Shown here piece after piece: positions 61,947 through 64,000 of a DNA stretch of 64,000 nt. Position numbers and translations under genes: made by a program. Under the pieces are notes generated by a model, which was not told the DNA's origin, searched no databases, and saw nothing but the letters and a program-made list of their open reading frames with translations. Numbering within the stretch: position 1 is the first letter of the stretch; every line of letters begins with the position of its first letter. Origin of the DNA: Promethearchaeota archaeon (GTDB lineage Archaea > Asgardarchaeota > Lokiarchaeia > Sigyniarchaeales > SOKP01). The stretch lies in assembly GCA_019058445.1 (NCBI GenBank), contig JAHPZA010000009.1, positions 352,001-416,000 of the forward strand, given 5' to 3'.

Positions 61947-62063
61947 TTTCATAAAAGAAATGGAATTTTAAACTCTTCTTACCTTTTCTTTTATCTTTTC
62001 TAGGGGTTTAAGATTTCATCTTTGATAATATAAAATGATAAAAATCTGAAAGGAGGAAAAGCA
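61947..62063 (+). promoter_or_regulatory. Putative attenuator structure in the cimA leader
   Basis: Stem of about 18 bp with G-U pairs (61960-61977/62002-62019) enclosing a U/C tract that is also complementary to the SD region GGAGGAAAAG. Confidence 0.55.
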
Positions 62064-63674
62064 ATGGCAAAAAATAATAAATTATACATATATGATGCAA
62101 CCCTTAGAGAAGGAGCTCAGAAAACAGGAATAAGTTACTCAATCGAAGATAAGATTCGTATAATAGAGAGATTAATTAATGATTTACATATTCCTATGAT
62201 TGAGGTTGGCTGGCCAGGATCAAATCCCAAGGATATAGCGCTCTACAAAAAGATTCCAACTCTCGATACTAACTCTAATGGTACCAAGATATATGCTTTT
62301 GGAGCTACTAGACGTAAAAATATCCAGGCACAAGACGATCCAAATCTTAGAGCCTTGCTTGCTGTTGGAATAAAAAGGGCTACAATAGTTGGAAAGAGTT
62401 GGGATTTGCATGTTGAAACAGCTTTAGAAACGAATTTGGAAGAAAATCTTAATATGATTGAAGATACTATCATGTACTTAAATAAAAATGGAATTGAGGT
62501 GGTATATGATGCGGAGCACTTTTTTGATGGATATAAAAGCAATAGGCAATATGCCCTCGAAACAATATCATGTGCTTCCAATGCTGGTGCGTCATGGATA
62601 GTATTATGTGATACAAATGGTGGCCTTTTACCGCATGAACTCGGTCCTATTTTTGAAGACGTAAAAGATTATTTAGGTAATGATATTCCTTTAGGAATTC
62701 ATGCTCACAATGACTCTGGAGTAGCGAATGCCATTGCTTTGGAAGCCTATCAACATGGCGCCAGCATGATCCAAGGAACAATGAATGGATTTGGTGAGAG
62801 ATGCGGAAATACAGACTTAACAACAATTCTTCCCGTTTTAAAATTAAAAATGGGGGTAAATTGTATTTCTGATGAAGCTTTAAAAAATCTTACCGAAGTT
62901 TCCCACTATATTTATGAAATGGCCAATTTGCCTGGCAAAGATGATCAACCTTTTGTTGGAAGATATGCTTTTTCTCATAAAGGAGGTATTCATGTTTCAG
63001 CAATGAGAAAGGATGTCAGAACATATGAGCATGTAAATCCAGAGTTAGTTGGAAATTCTCGAAATATAAAAGTTTCAGAGTTGGCCGGAAAAAGTTCGAT
63101 ACTTCATATGGCCAATAAATTTGACATTCCTCTTTCTGAGACAAATCCAAAAGTTTCGGCAATACTTCAAGAAATAAAGAATAAAGAAAATCAAGGTTAT
63201 TCTTTTGAGGGTGCTGAAGGTTCATTAGAAATTATAATGAGAAGTATGGATATGAACATTCAAGATCCCAATTATTACAGAAACAAATTCTTTCAATTAG
63301 AAGGTTTTCGAGTTCTTACAGAAATGTATAAGGAGGATTTAATATCTGAAGCTACTATTAAAGTGAGAGTAGGAAATGAAATGTTTCATACAGCTGCTGA
63401 TGGAAATGGCCCAGTAAATGCCCTTGATAACGCACTGAAAAAAGCCTTGGTCTATTTTTATCCAAGTATTAAGGAAATTGATTTATCCGATTTTAAAGTA
63501 AGAATAATAAACCAGGAAGGAACAGCATCGAAAGTTAGGGTATTAGCTGAGACTCACGATGATGAGGGGAGTTGGGGAACAATTGGAGCTCATGAAAATA
63601 TTATAGTAGCGTCTTGGGATGCTTTAGTGGATTCATATATATTTAAATTGCTTAAAGATAAATCAAATTGGTAA
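62064..63674 (+). CDS. cimA: Citramalate synthase
   Basis: YDATLREGAQ, GWPGSNPKD, DAEHFFDGYK, HAHND, GFGERCGN, HKGGIH and GNGPVNALD motifs (bacterial-type CimA clade of the LeuA family). Confidence 0.88.
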   Translation: MAKNNKLYIYDATLREGAQKTGISYSIEDKIRIIERLINDLHIPMIEVGWPGSNPKDIALYKKIPTLDTNSNGTKIYAFGATRRKNIQAQDDPNLRALLAVGIKRATIVGKSWDLHVETALETNLEENLNMIEDTIMYLNKNGIEVVYDAEHFFDGYKSNRQYALETISCASNAGASWIVLCDTNGGLLPHELGPIFEDVKDYLGNDIPLGIHAHNDSGVANAIALEAYQHGASMIQGTMNGFGERCGNTDLTTILPVLKLKMGVNCISDEALKNLTEVSHYIYEMANLPGKDDQPFVGRYAFSHKGGIHVSAMRKDVRTYEHVNPELVGNSRNIKVSELAGKSSILHMANKFDIPLSETNPKVSAILQEIKNKENQGYSFEGAEGSLEIIMRSMDMNIQDPNYYRNKFFQLEGFRVLTEMYKEDLISEATIKVRVGNEMFHTAADGNGPVNALDNALKKALVYFYPSIKEIDLSDFKVRIINQEGTASKVRVLAETHDDEGSWGTIGAHENIIVASWDALVDSYIFKLLKDKSNW

Positions 63675-64000
63675 TTTTATTTTCTAATAGACTTTATAGC
63701 AATTTCTAATAATTTTTTAAATTTTAAAATCTCTAAGATAAGAGATTTATCTTTATATTAAGGTAAATTTATATATCTAAATAATTCATTAATTTATAAG
63801 AATACGCTTTATATTGATTATTTAAGGAATTTAGGTGATAAACAAGGTTTTTATTTTTTCTATAGGTAATATATCTCAATCATTTAAAAACCATTGATAT
63901 TACGCATCTTCAACACGAACGATTAGGTCTAATAAAAACAATAAAATAATTTAAAAAATTTTAAAACAAAAGAATGAAAGATATTTCACGAATCTTTTTG

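Noticed and set aside
1796-63225. Many short ORFs in the track that overlap real genes (e.g. 3070-3396, 15905-16243, 23442-23855, 52843-53268, 62243-62581)
   Set aside because: They are antisense or alternate-frame shadows of well-supported CDSs and show no motifs.
1-64000. CRISPR array, transposase or integrase
   Set aside because: No regularly spaced repeats and no recognisable recombinase or transposase motifs.

Overview
AT-rich archaeal window whose gene content points to an Asgard archaeon, probably Lokiarchaeia (inference). The evidence is gelsolin-domain proteins, a Roadblock + MglA-like GTPase pair, a longin-like/GTPase fusion, a divergent TFB, a RadA paralog and GGTGA/GAGGT Shine-Dalgarno (SD) motifs. 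It encodes central and redox metabolism (2-oxoacid oxidoreductase alpha, SucCD, Grx/FTR/CCG proteins, ferredoxins, rubredoxins, a glycyl-radical enzyme), amidohydrolases, transporters, tRNA-Leu(CAG), two pseudogenes and citramalate synthase (cimA). Four observations stand out. (1) An unannotated 22-codon leader peptide with 13 Ile codons, followed by alternative hairpins and a U-rich tract, lies directly upstream of cimA and looks like ribosome-mediated isoleucine attenuation in an archaeon. (2) Several genes appear to start at ATT or ATA behind SD motifs. (3) There is a 120-nt structured intergenic RNA candidate. (4) The last 180 bp of a metal ATPase gene are exactly duplicated near the tRNA. 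All family calls come from reading motifs by eye; no database searches were run.
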